From Rhynchobatus australiae (taxonomy: Eukaryota), in contig JAUZTB010000063.1 in the NCBI GenBank assembly GCA_034780895.1, forward strand, positions 33,650,077 through 33,714,076: a DNA stretch of 64,000 nucleotides. Direction: 5' to 3'. Position 1 is the first letter of the stretch, and every line of letters begins with the position of its first letter. Shown one piece after another: positions 24,601 through 37,639 of this stretch. The notes under the pieces were generated by a model. It had not been told where the DNA came from. It did not search any database and saw nothing but the letters and a program-made list of their open reading frames with translations. A program made the translations under genes and the position numbers.

Positions 24601-27600
24601 TGAATTATCTTCACGTGGCTTGGTCATTTTTTTCCCTCAGCAAAGTATGGGATGCTGTGACAGGTGATGAAATGATCACTTTAGCCCACAAACATATTGT
24701 CAAAACTGTGGACTTCACTCAGGTAAAATCTCTTTTTAATTATGGTAATATTCCTGCTCATAATATTTGCAACATAATTAACTTCAGTTTTTTTTTTAAA
24801 ACAGGATAGTAACAACTTGCTTACGGGTGGTCAAGATAAAGTTTTGCGTATTTATGATTTGAACAAATCTGAATCGGGTAAGGCATGGTTGCTGTAGAAA
24901 GGATTTCCTGTGGCGAGTGTGGAGCTTTACTTCCAACAACCTCAGTCTAGTGCTGCGGAAGGGATTGTATGAATATGTGACTGACGTACAAGATTTTAGT
25001 TACTGCATTACAAAAGATTACCTATTCTGATGCAGGAGGATAGTATTTAAAATGGTAATTTGGAAATGTCCTCTTCATACTAATGAAGGAAAGTACATAT
25101 TGATATCACGTGAGATTATGTTTTAACGCCTGGTTTTGTATGTCATGGTTTTGATTTGTGGTTAGACTTGGTAAAATTGTATCTGATTAGAAAATTGCAA
25201 GTTAATACATGGTTTGTAACCTTGTTCACCTAGATTATGTTTAAAAAAAAGTAAAAGCCACTTGCACTTTTATATAATGCTTTATATGACCTCAGTGTCC
25301 GATTTTCAAGCTGTTGGAAATCTTTTGAAGTACATTCACTGCTGTAATATGGGAAAAGTTGCTGTCAATTTGTGAACAAGAATCCACAAACAACTGACCT
25401 GTGTGTTTCAGTGCTTTTGGTGGAGGAATGGTGGGGAAAGTTATTTGATGGGATGTTGAACATGTTAAATGACCAATTTAACATGTAAAGAGTTATGTGA
25501 TGAAAGCTCCAGCAATATGTCCAAGTAGAATTTAGAACGCTGCAAGCAATTGGTATATGATAGTGACAGAAAGAATAAAGGAACTCTAAGTTGGAGTTTG
25601 AATATCAATAGTGAAGTGTTGAGAATGGTTTATGGAAGTAACACACAGATGGATTTGTCAGCACTTGATTCTTTGATATAAGAATTGTGCTGATGAAAAT
25701 TGTGGGCAATAGTTTCAGATATCAGATTTGTTTGTCACCTTTCTAATATTTATTTGTCATTGTTGAAAATGGTATTCTCATGAATCATTCTTTTTCTGAC
25801 AGAGCCTGTGGAGATCAGCGGCCATAGTTCTGGTATTAAGAAAGCACTGTGGTGTAATGGGGACAAGCAGATACTTTCAGCAGCTGATGACAAAACAGTA
25901 AGGTGAGAAATTTTAAGGTATGCTTAAGTTTGTAATGACTAAACAAATGTTCATTTAGATATTTTACAATTTAAATGACAATCTGTGTGAATTTGAGTGT
26001 TTACTCATGTTTGCAGAAAATGTGTTCACCTTGAAGTCACAGCATGGACATTTTCAAATTGTGAATTCTGAAAATGATTTTGAGAGGATATATCCTATTT
26101 TAAAATAATTAGCAGTTGAACATTCTTAAGCAAGGTGGTAAAGAGTATTCTTTGAACTACATGGAAATTCCAGCTCCAATACTGGACCTGTGGTTTTAAT
26201 CTTGTTTGGAATTCTGCCTATTATTCATTAAGACATGTTAGCTTAATTTTGTTAATAGATTGGTCACCTGTATCAAACAAGTTTTCACTGATTTTTTTGA
26301 TCTGTATGCTTTTTCAATATGATTGGGCTTCATCTCTGTTGCCTTCCTGCTGCTTGAGTATTATCCTTGCACTTCACTGACTATTTCAGGATGTGGTTCA
26401 TGTGCATTATGCTAGATTTGGCAGAAGGCCCTGGTAAGCAGCTTGGAGCAGATGTGGGGGAAGATGTTAGTTGTCAATGTGGAAACTCTGAATATTACTA
26501 TTTATTGTATCTAAAGAATTTTTAAAGAAATTTGCCTTTTTCAAGTCACTCTGAAGTCTTTAAACTAGTTAATTGTTTTAGGAAAATGAGCTTGTTTCTT
26601 GTACTCATATTTGATGGGCTTAAGGTTAAACTGAGGGTTTTACACCTGGCCACCACCTTTTGATGGGTCCATGTCCTCTCCCCCAGGGTCTGGGGACTGG
26701 CAGCTGTTGTGATCTGTCCTGCGCATAGAAGTGGCCCATGTGACCCTGNNNNNNNNNNNNNNNNNNNNNNNNNNNNNNNNNNNNNNNNNNNNNNNNNNNN
26801 NNNNNNNNNNNNNNNNNNNNNNNNNNNNNNNNNNNNNNNNNNNNNNNNAGGAGAATGAAAAATGTCTTTGAGGTTATGGATGGGAGAAAAAGAAATGTGC
26901 AAACAAAAATAAGGTCTGGGTCAAGGCAAGTTTAATATAAACTCAGGCCTTGGGCAAAAGTGAGCTCGTGGGTCAAATTTGAAGGATGCATTAAAGATGT
27001 AAGGGACAACTAAACAGGGTGCTGTAATTCACTCTTCCATGGAGGGATCTGCACTATGGCTACCCTGCTAATTGGAGTTGAGTGGGGATCGATAAACTGG
27101 AGTGCTGGATATGCCATACAAGTTCAAGAACCTAAACCTTCAATTTTACAGGAATGCCTGGGAATGTGCACAATTTGTTTTGTACCCTTAAAACATTGTG
27201 TGCGTTCCCAACCTTATAAGAGAAAAAACAACTTTAAGGATTTCAAGCATAGATTCTGTGTTAATGTAGTGACTGGCTTGTTCTTGTTAATCAGACCAAT
27301 ATCAAAGGCTTCAATTCTGAAGCTTCTGTTTTGAATGCTATGGATAAATTAAATTCTTTTATTAAAGAGTAATTTGAACTATTTCTAACTTGGAAATCTT
27401 ACTTTTGAAAAATGGTGCAACATACAATGACATTGTTTTTGCTTTTTTTTAAACTCTCCAATGTTGGAAAATTGTATTTTTTCATCGAGTTATAAAGTAG
27501 ATGTGAAATGATGAAATGTAAATTGTAAATGTAATTTGAATTTTTTTTCTTTTACAGGCTCTGGGACAGGACTAGTATGACTGAAGTGCATACTCTTAAT

Positions 27601-30600
27601 GTAGCTTCATCTGTAAGCAGTGTAGAGTACATACCTGATGGGGAGATCCTGGTTTTAACCTATGGAAAAACAATTGCTTTTCACAATGCACTCAGGTGGG
27701 TTAGATTTTATAACATTTATTAATTTTAGCAACTTAATTATGCTATTTTTCATGTCTAATTCAATCAGTTTTGAATTAAAGGTNNNNNNNNNNNNNNNNN
27801 NNNNNNNNNNNNNNNNNNNNNNNNNNNNNNNNNNNNNNNNNNNNNNNNNNNNNNNNNNNNNNNNNNNNNNNNNNNNNNNNNNNTAAAGGTTTAAACAGTT
27901 CCTGTTGTACTTGCTGAAATTATGGGATGAAAATGTAATACATTATTTGTGGATTTGGTAAGACTGGCATCTTGGTGCTTTTGAGGGAGTTAACATATCA
28001 ATATAAGTGAAAGTAAAAATGGGAAATGAAGGACAAAAGTTTAGATATTGTGACTGGAAGGCTGGTTATAATTTGCACTGGGACAGGGTGGCTGGATTTG
28101 CAGTGGCTGTTACGAAATGAAGATGTAAATGGATACTTGGCATGGAAATTGATGCTGACTATAGATCTGGTTTGAAATGGGGAAAGAGCAAACCCATGGC
28201 CAATTTGAACACATGTTAAGTGTTTGGATTACTAAATAGGAATTCAACTAGGAATGCATTGGAATGATCTGGAGATGACTTGCTGCAACATGGGTTGGAG
28301 TGGTGCATTTTTGGCATTCAGTTGGGTGTTTATGAAGGGGAGATTAATGTTATGAAATCAGCTTTTAGGGTTTTGATGAGATTGCAGCAGATGAGCAAAA
28401 TAAGATACATTGGTGATGTTTGGGTATGGATTTTGGGGTGGGGTGGTTATAGCAGAATCTTTCAGTTTTGTAATACTTAGAAGGAGGAAATTTTGACTCA
28501 GTAAAATTGGATGTCAAATGGGTGCTTTAAATTAGATAATTTAACCTGGTTTTATGGAATCATGTTTGACAAATTTGCTCTAATTATTTGAGGATGTAAC
28601 AGGGAGAATTGATAGAGGGGAATCTGTTGACGTAATGTATCTATATTTCCAAAAAGCATTTGACAAGGTGCCACAGGAGGGTGGTGCATAAATTAAAGGC
28701 CCAGGGTATTGGAGGAACTGTTAGCATGGATTTAAATCCGGCTGTCTTATAGAAAAGAGAATTGGAATAAATGGCTCCTTTGCAGACTGGAAGGAGGTAA
28801 ATAGTTGAGTACCACAGGGATCAGTTCTTAGCCCACAGTTGTTCAATGTTTACATGAAGGAAGGAACAGTATGTAGGATTTCTAAATTCACAGATGATAC
28901 AAAAATAGGTGGAGGAGCACATTGTAATAAGGATACTGCGAATCTGTATGGGGATATACATTGAGTGAACAAAAGATTTGCAGATAGTTTACTGTGGGGA
29001 AGTGTGAGGTCATGCACTTTGGTAAGGGTAATCAAAGGACAGGTTAATATCTAAACGGAGAGAGACTGCATGCGAGTGAAGCACAGAAGGATCCAGGTGT
29101 TCTTGTGCATAATCACAAAAAGCTAACAGGTAGGTCCAACAAATACGTAAGGTAAATGGCATTTTGGCCTTCATTGCCAAAGGGTTGGAGTTTAAAAATA
29201 GGGAGGTTTTGTTCTTGGTGAGGCCTTGGCTGGAGTAGAGTTTATATGTTTGTCCCCTCACCTTTTTTAAAAAATATATATATAGTGATATTGGAGATAG
29301 TATAACACCGATCCACAGGCTAATTCCTGGGATGTGAGGTTTGTCCCACCGAGTGACCAAATAGTTTGGGCCTGTTTTCCTGAGTTCAGTAGAATGAGAT
29401 GCGACCTTATTCAAACATACAAAGTCCTAAGAGACTTTGATGGGGTAGATGTTGGGATGTTTTCATTTGTAGGAGAATCCTGAACAAGGGGACATAAAAA
29501 AAATGCTGATTTTTTTGCAACTAAAGTCAAAATCCATCATGATTTCTCAGCAACTTTTAAAAGAATACTTTGAAAATATAAGTAAAATGATAAAAATGAG
29601 CTTTGCATTCATGGCTGCAGTTGAAGTAATAACACTGCCCAAAATGTACTTATAACAGCACAGGAGGAGGCCATCCAGCCCATTGGGTCCCTGCCAGCTC
29701 CCAGCAGAGCAATCCAATCAATCCTGTTTCCCTTTTTTCCCTGTTGTCCTCCAACTTTTTTTCTGTCTCCTGCTCATCAACTCCCCTTGGTTATTTTGCC
29801 ACTAAGTGGTAATTTAGAGCAGTCAATTAACATACCACGTCTTTTGGATATGGGAGGAAACTGGAGCAGTTGGCAAAAAACCCATGTGGTCCATGTAAAC
29901 TGCATTGACTGTGTCTGAGGTCAGGATCAAACACTGCTCCTTGTTACTCAATGCTAGTAATTGCTATCCTGGATTCAGTATGTGGTAAAAATTTGTGTTG
30001 AGCTATATCACTGGGGTCAAAAAGGCTTTATCTTAAATAACCAGCTTGCTTTCTCAGTTTTAATTTTTATTGGTCTAGGTTTTCTTTGCAAATGATGGCA
30101 TTTGGCTTATCCCCCTTAAAAGTATGCAAATGCAGAAGTCCCAAACTTCAATTCTTTTTTTTCTACACTGCTCTGCTATATTAGACTCCACTTGGAGTCC
30201 AGTGCCAACTTGCTGAAATTTCCCAACAGTTACTCTGGGAAACCTGCCTGCTTTGCTTGGTTGGGAGTGTTTGTAACTATTTGTTTCAGTAGAGAGGAAC
30301 TGCTATGGTGGAGGGTGGGGAGGGGGGAAGAGGCGGGAGAGGTAATTTGGAGGTCATGTACATTCTTTGAATTAATTGAGTCATTTTGTTTACTTCAATT
30401 TTTAAAACATTCAAACACCATTTGTGTATATGACACATGGTGGACAAAATTTTTTTGGGTGTGGCATACTAGTTATTTGCTGATCAGGTCAGGACCAATT
30501 TCAGGACTTGAGCTGCTGTCTGAAGATCTGCTCCAGTTTATGATCTAATTAATGGGGACATTGAGAAAGGATGCTTGTAGAATATTTTGGGCTATTACAT

Positions 30601-33600
30601 TTTTTGGTTATCCTTGATCCTTTGTTGCAAGCTACTGAAGTATAAGCAGGCTATGTTTAGGAATATAGTTTTGCACTCATAAATTAAAATTACTTTCTTA
30701 TGTGCAGTCAAAGCTTGGTGAATTACATTTGGATTTGGGTGCACTGTGAAGTTTGCTGGTTTTTGTTTTACAGTCTAGAGTTGATCAAATCTTTTGATGC
30801 ACCGGCTTCAATCAACTCTGCTTCTCTTCACCCTGAGAAAGATGTTTTTGTTGCAGGAGGTGATGACTTCAAATTGTACAAGTTTGACTATAACACAGGC
30901 GAGGATTTGGGTAGGTCTTCATACCTTTCAAACAAGTTCGTTGCTTTGCCTATAAATTTTACCTGAAATGGCACCTTGCCATTTCACAGAGCAGAATGAC
31001 TTTTGCTTGTTGGAGAATGCAACCTATTGTCAATTCTAGAGTCTAGAATTTCATTATGGAAATTTATATTTACTTTCTGCCCCTTGTTAACCTCTTGTAT
31101 GACCTGATGGCACTGTTTCAGTCTTGAATTGCATGTTCATTTGGGATGTCTTTAGTGTTCCATTCCATTTACTGGTTTACATGCAAAACTGGTAATGATT
31201 CTAGGATGGAAATAACTGGTTTCCAGAATGTTAATTGGTCTTTGTTGTGTGTGACACAGAACTTGAGTCTTGATTGGATAGATTGATCTTGGTAAGGAGC
31301 TGTGCAAGCTGTTTCTGTTTTTATGTGCCTGGGAATATTTCATGGCAGAACGTTGGCTTCATGGGGAGCTTCGAGAATTGGAGTGGAATTTGTAATTCTA
31401 TTTATGATGCATGTCATGTCGTCAAACAGTGTTGTACCAGGCTATCTGGCAGTTGCAGACAAGGCTGGGGTATAGTATGTTTCGCAGAGTAGACTGGTGA
31501 CACAGGCAGATCACAACATAGCAAGTTACTTCAGTGTTTCTGTATCAGGGCAAGTATTGACTTGGTCTTTTCTCAGGTCAGTTCTTTGGAGGTTAGACTT
31601 CAATAATGATAAACCCTAGGTATTTGCAATTGAGGTCTTACTGTTCTAGACATGACAAAAAATATAATTTGTCCAATGATTGTTTGGAGAGAAGGACTGA
31701 GCCTTGTTCATAATTTTGCAGCTATATTCACTAATGAGGTGTACACTGAAAATATGGTTGAACATTACAGCATTAAGATTGTACAATCTTCAGTATATGA
31801 CAATCTTTGCCTGTCTTCAGCAACAGACCATGCTAAAGAGTATCACATCTGTGGAGGGCATTTGTTATTTTATCAGTTTCCACTTTCCTCTTCTGAGGAT
31901 AACAAGGGCAATGATCCATTTACAGCAGCTATCGCTGGTTCAAAACCTTGCATGCATTGGAAACATTTTGGGGATTAATAATGGAGAAAAGCAAACAAAA
32001 TGCATTCTATTATCTTGCGGAGGGAGGATGAGGGGTATTAGCCAAGAGCTGGACATGAGGGCCAATGGCTTTTTGGGTTGTCAGATTGTGATGACTCTGG
32101 CTTCATGCTTTTAGTATTTTACAGGTCTTGAGGTTTGCAAACCATTGCCAAACACATAGTCTAACTGTCTAGGGAGTTCAAAATATTTTCCAGTTTTTTC
32201 CCCATAAGGGCAGCATAATGATACAACCACTGGCTCACACCTCCAGTGACCCAAGTTCAATCCTGACCTCCAATGTTGTTTATGCAAAGTTTGCACGTTC
32301 TCCCTGCGCATGTGTGGGTTTCCTCTGGGTGTTCCAGCTTCCTCCCACAACTTGTGTGGGTTTGGCAGGTTAATTGGCCACTTATAAATTGCCCCTAGTT
32401 TGTGGTAGAATATGAGGAAAATAAAATAGGATCAGTGTAAATGATTGATGGTTGGCATAGAGGTGGGTTGAAGGGCCTGTTTCCTTGCTGCATGTCTCTG
32501 ACTCTGGGGCACTGCATTGCTGCCGGCCTCATTCTTGGTGACCAGTTCCTGCAATCCTCAATACTAAATGCTCTCAGTTCTGATTCAGGTTGTCAATATG
32601 GCACACAACTTATTTGCAATCCCTTAGATGCTGTTGCTTCTGGAATGTGGAATTGGTGAATTCATCAATGTTTTCAGGCTTTGGTTCTTTGTGGTTGGCC
32701 TTGGAATGAACTCAGTGAGACTCTGATTCTGAGCTTGTGACTGTTGTCAGCAGCTGGAGGTCTGGAACACTGAGAATTGTTCGCAGAATTATTCCTTTTT
32801 TCCCTGTCGGATTGAGTGAACTGTGGCCAATTGTTTGGGGTCCGGTATAAGAAATGCCTTGGATTGAGCGGTGTCTATTGAAGTTGCCGAGATATACTAT
32901 TGGTAGTGATGGTGGGTGTGGGGCCATTCCTTATTTAGCCTGTCTGTATGTTGGAGGCAGTTATTGAACCAATTATGATAATTGGAATTTTGTAATTTAA
33001 AAAATGACACCTGATTGCATAATCAACTTTAAATTATACCACTAACAAAAACAGTATTGTAAATTTTATATTGGTGTGTGTAAACAGTTTGTGTGGTATA
33101 CTGGAGTGTCTTTGGAAGCTTCCACCTGGTAATTCCTTCGAAATTTCTTGAAGTTACCAGGCTATTTGAAGGTTTGCCACTTTGCAAAGTACATTTGGAT
33201 AAGTGGAGATCCAGTAATGAGTTAGGTGTAGACTGGTGGTTATGAAGTTGGAAATGGCATGTCTGTGAGCATCTGAGTGGACTGAATAGATTCTTGTCTG
33301 TTAGCATCTTTACATTGAACATCATGTGTTCTTGCTCACTATTGGAACTGCTCATGGTTTTGCTGTTCCTGAATGTTGATTGAGAAGTGAAGAATACTAC
33401 CAACGTGTTCTGATACGATCCTGTGCCGCCTCTGAAGGATTTACCATAATCCCATTGCCTTTGATTTCAATGCTCTGGGCTTGCAGCAGTGCACTTAAGT
33501 CATGTATTTTAATATAAATTTATCATTACCTGATAATTGCCTTTACATCAACAAATATTAAAATTCAAATTATAGGAAAGCTAAAATGGGGTGAAAATAG

Positions 33601-34135
33601 AAAGCTTACACTTCCATTATGTGAATACATCAGTTATTAAATAGGTTGTATTTCTTTGCAATTGTCACCATGTTTTAAGACTAATATTTCTTTTTAAACA
33701 GAGTCTTACAAAGGCCATTTTGGTCCAGTTCACTGTGTGAGATTCAGCCCTGATGGAGAATTGTACGCCAGTGGTTCTGAAGATGGAACCCTTCGCCTTT
33801 GGCAGACAACTGTCGGCAAAACCTATGGATTATGGAAATGTGTACTCCCTGGTAGGTACATTCTGGTATTTGGGTGCACATTCCTTCAACTGCATTTTAA
33901 ATCTGGCCACGTGATCCCTTGCTACATGGAATAACTTGATTTTCTGAAGGAATAGTTTTGGGTAAATTCTCAGATGCATTTAATGTGTCCATTTTTCAAA
34001 CTTGGCTGAAATACTTGTAACTAATTTGTTATTATGGATTACATATTTCACTCCTGTATCTTTTGAATTACAGAGGAGCTTGGCTCTGAAAACTCAGATT
34101 CTATCTATGGCACTCCTCCAGAGGTAAAAGCATGA
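21516..34135 (+). CDS. STRAP: STRAP/UNRIP WD40 protein, 329 aa; join(21516-21627,23807-23942,24641-24722,24805-24877,25803-25902,27558-27695,30774-30910,33702-33851,34074-34135)
   Basis: Spliced translation runs [64 protein letters not shown]...[21 protein letters not shown]...PPEVKA*. All introns GT-AG with matching phases; total 990 nt. Confidence 0.98.
22120..22600 (+). mobile_element. Old LINE 3' remnant in STRAP intron
   Basis: Resembles an old elasmobranch LINE 3' region ('catcttagggatcaccatagat', 'ctctccatttgcttgaatgggtgcagttcca'); clade uncertain. Confidence 0.45.
22950..23525 (-). mobile_element. CR1/HER1 3' end
   Basis: '[22 protein letters not shown]...[11 protein letters not shown]...SKTRGH'. 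Confidence 0.85.
23807..23942 (+). CDS. STRAP: STRAP coding exon 2 ([12 protein letters not shown]...ADFSA)
   Basis: ttcag| ... GC|gtaagt; 136 nt. Confidence 0.97.
24641..24722 (+). CDS. STRAP: STRAP coding exon 3 (KVWDAVTG...DFTQ)
   Basis: ctcag| ... CAG|gtaaaa; 82 nt. Confidence 0.97.
24805..24877 (+). CDS. STRAP: STRAP coding exon 4 ([12 protein letters not shown]...KSES)
   Basis: aacag| ... G|gtaagg; 73 nt; preceded by an 82-nt intron. Confidence 0.97.
25255..25520 (-). mobile_element. Deu-domain SINE (SacSINE1/AmnSINE1-like) remnant
   Basis: 'cttgcactttttatataatgctttatatgacctcag...ttttgaagtacattcactgctgtaat' is the reverse of the tail of the 40990 copy. Confidence 0.5.
25803..25902 (+). 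CDS. STRAP: STRAP coding exon 5 (EPVEISGH...SAADDKTVR)
   Basis: gacag| ... AG|gtgaga; 100 nt. Confidence 0.97.
27558..27695 (+). CDS. STRAP: STRAP coding exon 6 (LWDRTSM...HNALS)
   Basis: tacag| ... AG|gtgggt; 138 nt. Confidence 0.97.
28520..29500 (+). mobile_element. CR1 RT fragment in STRAP intron
   Basis: '[16 protein letters not shown]', '[12 protein letters not shown]', '[11 protein letters not shown]' motifs. Confidence 0.85.
29650..29940 (-). mobile_element. V-SINE
   Basis: Reverse V-core 'tgggaggaaactggagca' and tail 'ggaggccatccagcccat'. Confidence 0.75.
30774..30910 (+). CDS. STRAP: STRAP coding exon 7 ([10 protein letters not shown]...GEDL)
   Basis: tacag| ... G|gtaggt; 137 nt. 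Confidence 0.97.
32208..32485 (+). mobile_element. V-SINE
   Basis: B box 'agttcaatcc', V-core 'gtgggtttcctctgggtgttccagcttcctcccaca', CR1 tail 'gggttgaagggcctgtttcc'. Confidence 0.85.
33702..33851 (+). CDS. STRAP: STRAP coding exon 8 ([12 protein letters not shown]...WKCVLP)
   Basis: aacag| ... G|gtaggt; 150 nt. Confidence 0.97.
34074..34135 (+). CDS. STRAP: STRAP last coding exon ([20 protein letters not shown])
   Basis: tacag| acceptor; TGA at 34133-34135; resembles the mammalian C-terminus EEIASENSD...PDVKA. Confidence 0.95.
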
Positions 34136-35690
34136 ACTGTCAGCTTGAAAGAAACCACCAAGCAGGATGTGGAGCAGAAGAGTATGCCTTCCAGTATATG
34201 GTTTTGGAAAATGCAGACAACTAAATGGAATCATATCAATAACTCAAAATCTGAAGACTACTCTTGTTAACTATCTAAAAGACGAGCACTTAGCGTCTGC
34301 AAGTGGTAGACCTGTGCATATTCAGTGCAACTGCTTTGCATCTTAGAGTTTAATTGAACCTGCTCAGTGACACCTGTATATATAAAGTATCAACAAAGTT
34401 CTTTTCACAAAGTGCTGAAGTTACAGTAGTAACATTGTGGATGCAGATGTTTTCCTTTTAAGAATGCAATTTTTCATATAAAGGTTCAGTGCTAATATTT
34501 GGTTTACAATTAAAAGTTATTCAATTTGTCATTCTTTCATTTTAAGTGGTTTGCAATTTGTCACTATTTGCAGCAATTTGTGTAAATGTCTTAAGCAGTA
34601 TTAAACTGGCCCTTACATGTTATCATACAAAGCATCCTTAAGATAATTTTGTACTCCTGGGAAAAACTTTCAGTATTCATGTCTAATAGTTTTTTGGAAC
34701 TGAAAATGTAAATTCGGAAGTAGTGATTTTGAGTGCTTATGAATTGGTCCCTGTGACTGCTTTGTCCTCTCAAATTGGGATGGTAATTACTTGCAGCAAT
34801 TGCACAAGTGTCTCGGCTGATTAGGAATTGAATTTGGTTTTATACCTTGTGTTCTGCAGTGTATATTGACAATGTTGTACTGTTCGAGAAGTCAGCTTGC
34901 GTAGGGAATTAAAATCAGAGCTGATATTAATTTCCTACACAACTCAACCTGAGCCTGTAAATCTTGTGGCTACTTGATCATTACTGAAAACTCCTATCCT
35001 GACTTCTTAATACAGTATGTGTCCTCTCAGTGACACTGCATGACCTTTTGTGTCCAAAGTTACACACTTAGTCCACAACTGTCAAGTGCTTTCAAATTTA
35101 TTTATAGATTGAGTGGCTGCTGGCCCAGGGATCTATGATTTTTTTTCCTCAGCCTGGATCTGTCCTCCTTTGGGTCATGAGTCTCAAATGCAGTATTAGT
35201 GATATTGGTGGAACAAATAAAAATTTCCACCCCTCTCCCACCACCCTTGACTTCATTCTGAAATGTCTGTTGAGAAAGTAAACTTGACCTAAGTTATTTG
35301 TTTCACTTTGGGTAAACTTTTGAGTGGATTCCATAGAACAAGAAACTCTCAAATGAAGCAGAGTTTAGATGAGATGACGGGGAGATGGTAAGCATAGTTA
35401 ATATGCACTCAAAAGATCTTTCTACATGGGATTGTATGGGTCTGCATGCATTGTATAAAATGTAACTTCACATGTTTTTAGTGGTGGAACCTTGACTGGA
35501 GCTATGTGTAAATGAACATGAGTTCACTACTTGATTCTTTTAAGGTAAAGGTCCTGGTGCAAGAAATAGAAACAGAATTGCATGTGATATCAATTTCGTG
35601 AACTTAGAATAACTTAAAAAAACAGCTTGGGGAAGGCAAATTAATCAATATTTTAACATTTTAAGATCAATAAAATTCAGATATATTGCT
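34136..35690 (+). terminator. STRAP: STRAP 3'UTR with candidate poly(A) signals
   Basis: ATTAAA 34509-34514, AATAAA 35216-35221 and 35669-35674; AT-rich, no recognisable repeats. The site actually used is unknown. Confidence 0.5.
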
Positions 35691-36874
35691 TTTCAGCCGT
35701 GAATTGGGTAGAAATTACTTTAATTCTGGTAGGAGTGGAGAGGATGTGCGGGTGGGAGGGAGGAAGTTGCCAGGAATGGTGAAACGGGAGTGAACATTAG
35801 AGCTTGCTAATCTTTCATCAGACCTTCAAAGAGAATTATCCTGAAACACCAACTCTGTCTCTGCCCCACGTGCTGCCTGGCCTGCTGAGTGGTTCCAGCA
35901 CTCTGCCTTGCACTTATTCACGGTCTATTCGGCTACCCGCCCATCACTAATGTCTTTCGGATGACATGGCTATATGCAAAACTTTGAGCGTACTTTCTCC
36001 TCCGGAGATTTGAAAATAACCTTCCATGCCCATTGCCTATTTAACGAGTTGATGAGTTGACCGTCTATCCAGTGAAGAGAAATGGTTCCAAAATGGGCCC
36101 TGCACCACAGATTCTATAGCTGTTTCCATTTGTACTTCGTGCAAAAGGCTCCTAACTAAGTTGTTTAATGGGAGACGTGTCCACCCCGGAGCATCCTCCC
36201 ACTCGGTGCGCCGGCTCATCACCCCGCACCTCTCCACCAACCGCGGTAAATTCGTTGCACATTACCTTGCCTCGTTGCCCCCTCGCTCCGTCCAGCTCTA
36301 TCTCGGGTTCACCCTACACGGTCCGCTAGGCCGTCTTCCTTTCAGGTCCGCTTGAGCTCCACCCTCCCTTTCACGCCCTAAGTGGAAATAGTCAAGGGTC
36401 TTTGACCTGAAACATTAACTTTACATCTCTTACCTGGATTAGGCAGCTTCTGTTGGATTTCCGCCATTTATTTATTATGTTATCCAGCATCTGCAGTAAT
36501 TTTGATTTTTTTTCCGAGTCCAATGCAGAGATACTGCCCTCCACCAAAGTTTGTCAACAATCCTTTAATAGTCATTTTCTTAAAGACTGATGGGAAGGTG
36601 TTTAAGCGTCATGCAGCACAAAAGCAGGCCCATTGGCCCAACATGTCGATGCCGCCCTTGCACTTCTCTACACGAATCCCATTCAACCGCATTGATTTGT
36701 GCTTCACAGTGCTGTGACCGCACACTTTTCACAATGCCCAGTCCACTTCCAATCACCCTGCAGCCGGCTGCTGTTCATTCCTTGCTCAATTGCCCCTTTT
36801 GCTCTGTCATCCCTGCTCCTGGTTCACCCTACGTAAGTCCGGCCAGGCCACCGCCCCTTCAGAGACACAAGAGA

Positions 36875-37005
36875 AACTGCAGATGCTGGAAATCCTGGGC
36901 AACACACACAAAATGCTGGAGGAACTCAGCAGGTCTGGCAGGGAACGTTGGCTGTTCATTTCTCTCCACAGATGCTGCCTGACCTGCTGAGTTCCTCCAG
37001 CATTT
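36875..37005. mobile_element. Penelope-like palindromic element (hairpin)
   Basis: Perfect 25-bp inverted repeat, 36911-36935 versus 36981-37005. Confidence 0.8.
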
Positions 37006-37014
37006 CATGAATGT

Positions 37015-37153
37015 TCCCCTTCAGGTCCGCTTGAGCTCCAGCCTATCGTCTCCCTTTCAGGTCCGCTTGAGCTCCAGCCTATCGTCTCCCTTTCAGGTCC
37101 GCTTAAGCCACACCCCGCCTTCTGCCTTTCAGGTCCGCCTAAGCCACACCCCG

Positions 37154-37188
<35 letters not shown>

Positions 37189-37260
37189 GTCCCGCTGGAG
37201 CTCTGCCCTTCCGGGTCCGCTCCAAGTTTGCCATTTCCACCGCCTCCGACTTGCTGCCTC
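37015..37260. repeat. ~36-bp GC-rich minisatellite (ttcaggtccgctt...) with (TC)n at ~37158-37186
   Basis: Four clear units plus degenerate ones; related sequence at 36280-36375 and 37325-37395. Confidence 0.85.
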
Positions 37261-37639
37261 GGGTCTTCACCTTCCGCGGTCCGCGCTGTGACCAATTACT
37301 GGAGCACACGCCCTTTTTAACTGCCCCCTCGCTCCGTCCATCCCTATCCCCGATTCACCCTACACGGCCCGCTGGGCCATCACCTTTCACATCTGCTCTG
37401 CAGTTAGCAGTCGATCCACGGGAGACAGTCGGAGACATGGGCTGATGAAGTGCGGCTGGGCAGTCTGGCCAGGGCTGCCCTGATTTGTTGTATTAAGAGC
37501 AGCTCAGCTGACAGGCTGGTTGGGGCAAAAAAGTTAACTGCTGGAAGAACTCGGCGAGGGGGTCAAACAACATCCTGGAGGCAGACGGACAGTGGACGTT
37601 TTGGGTCGACATCCCTTCACCCGAAGTCCAGTTGGTGCA

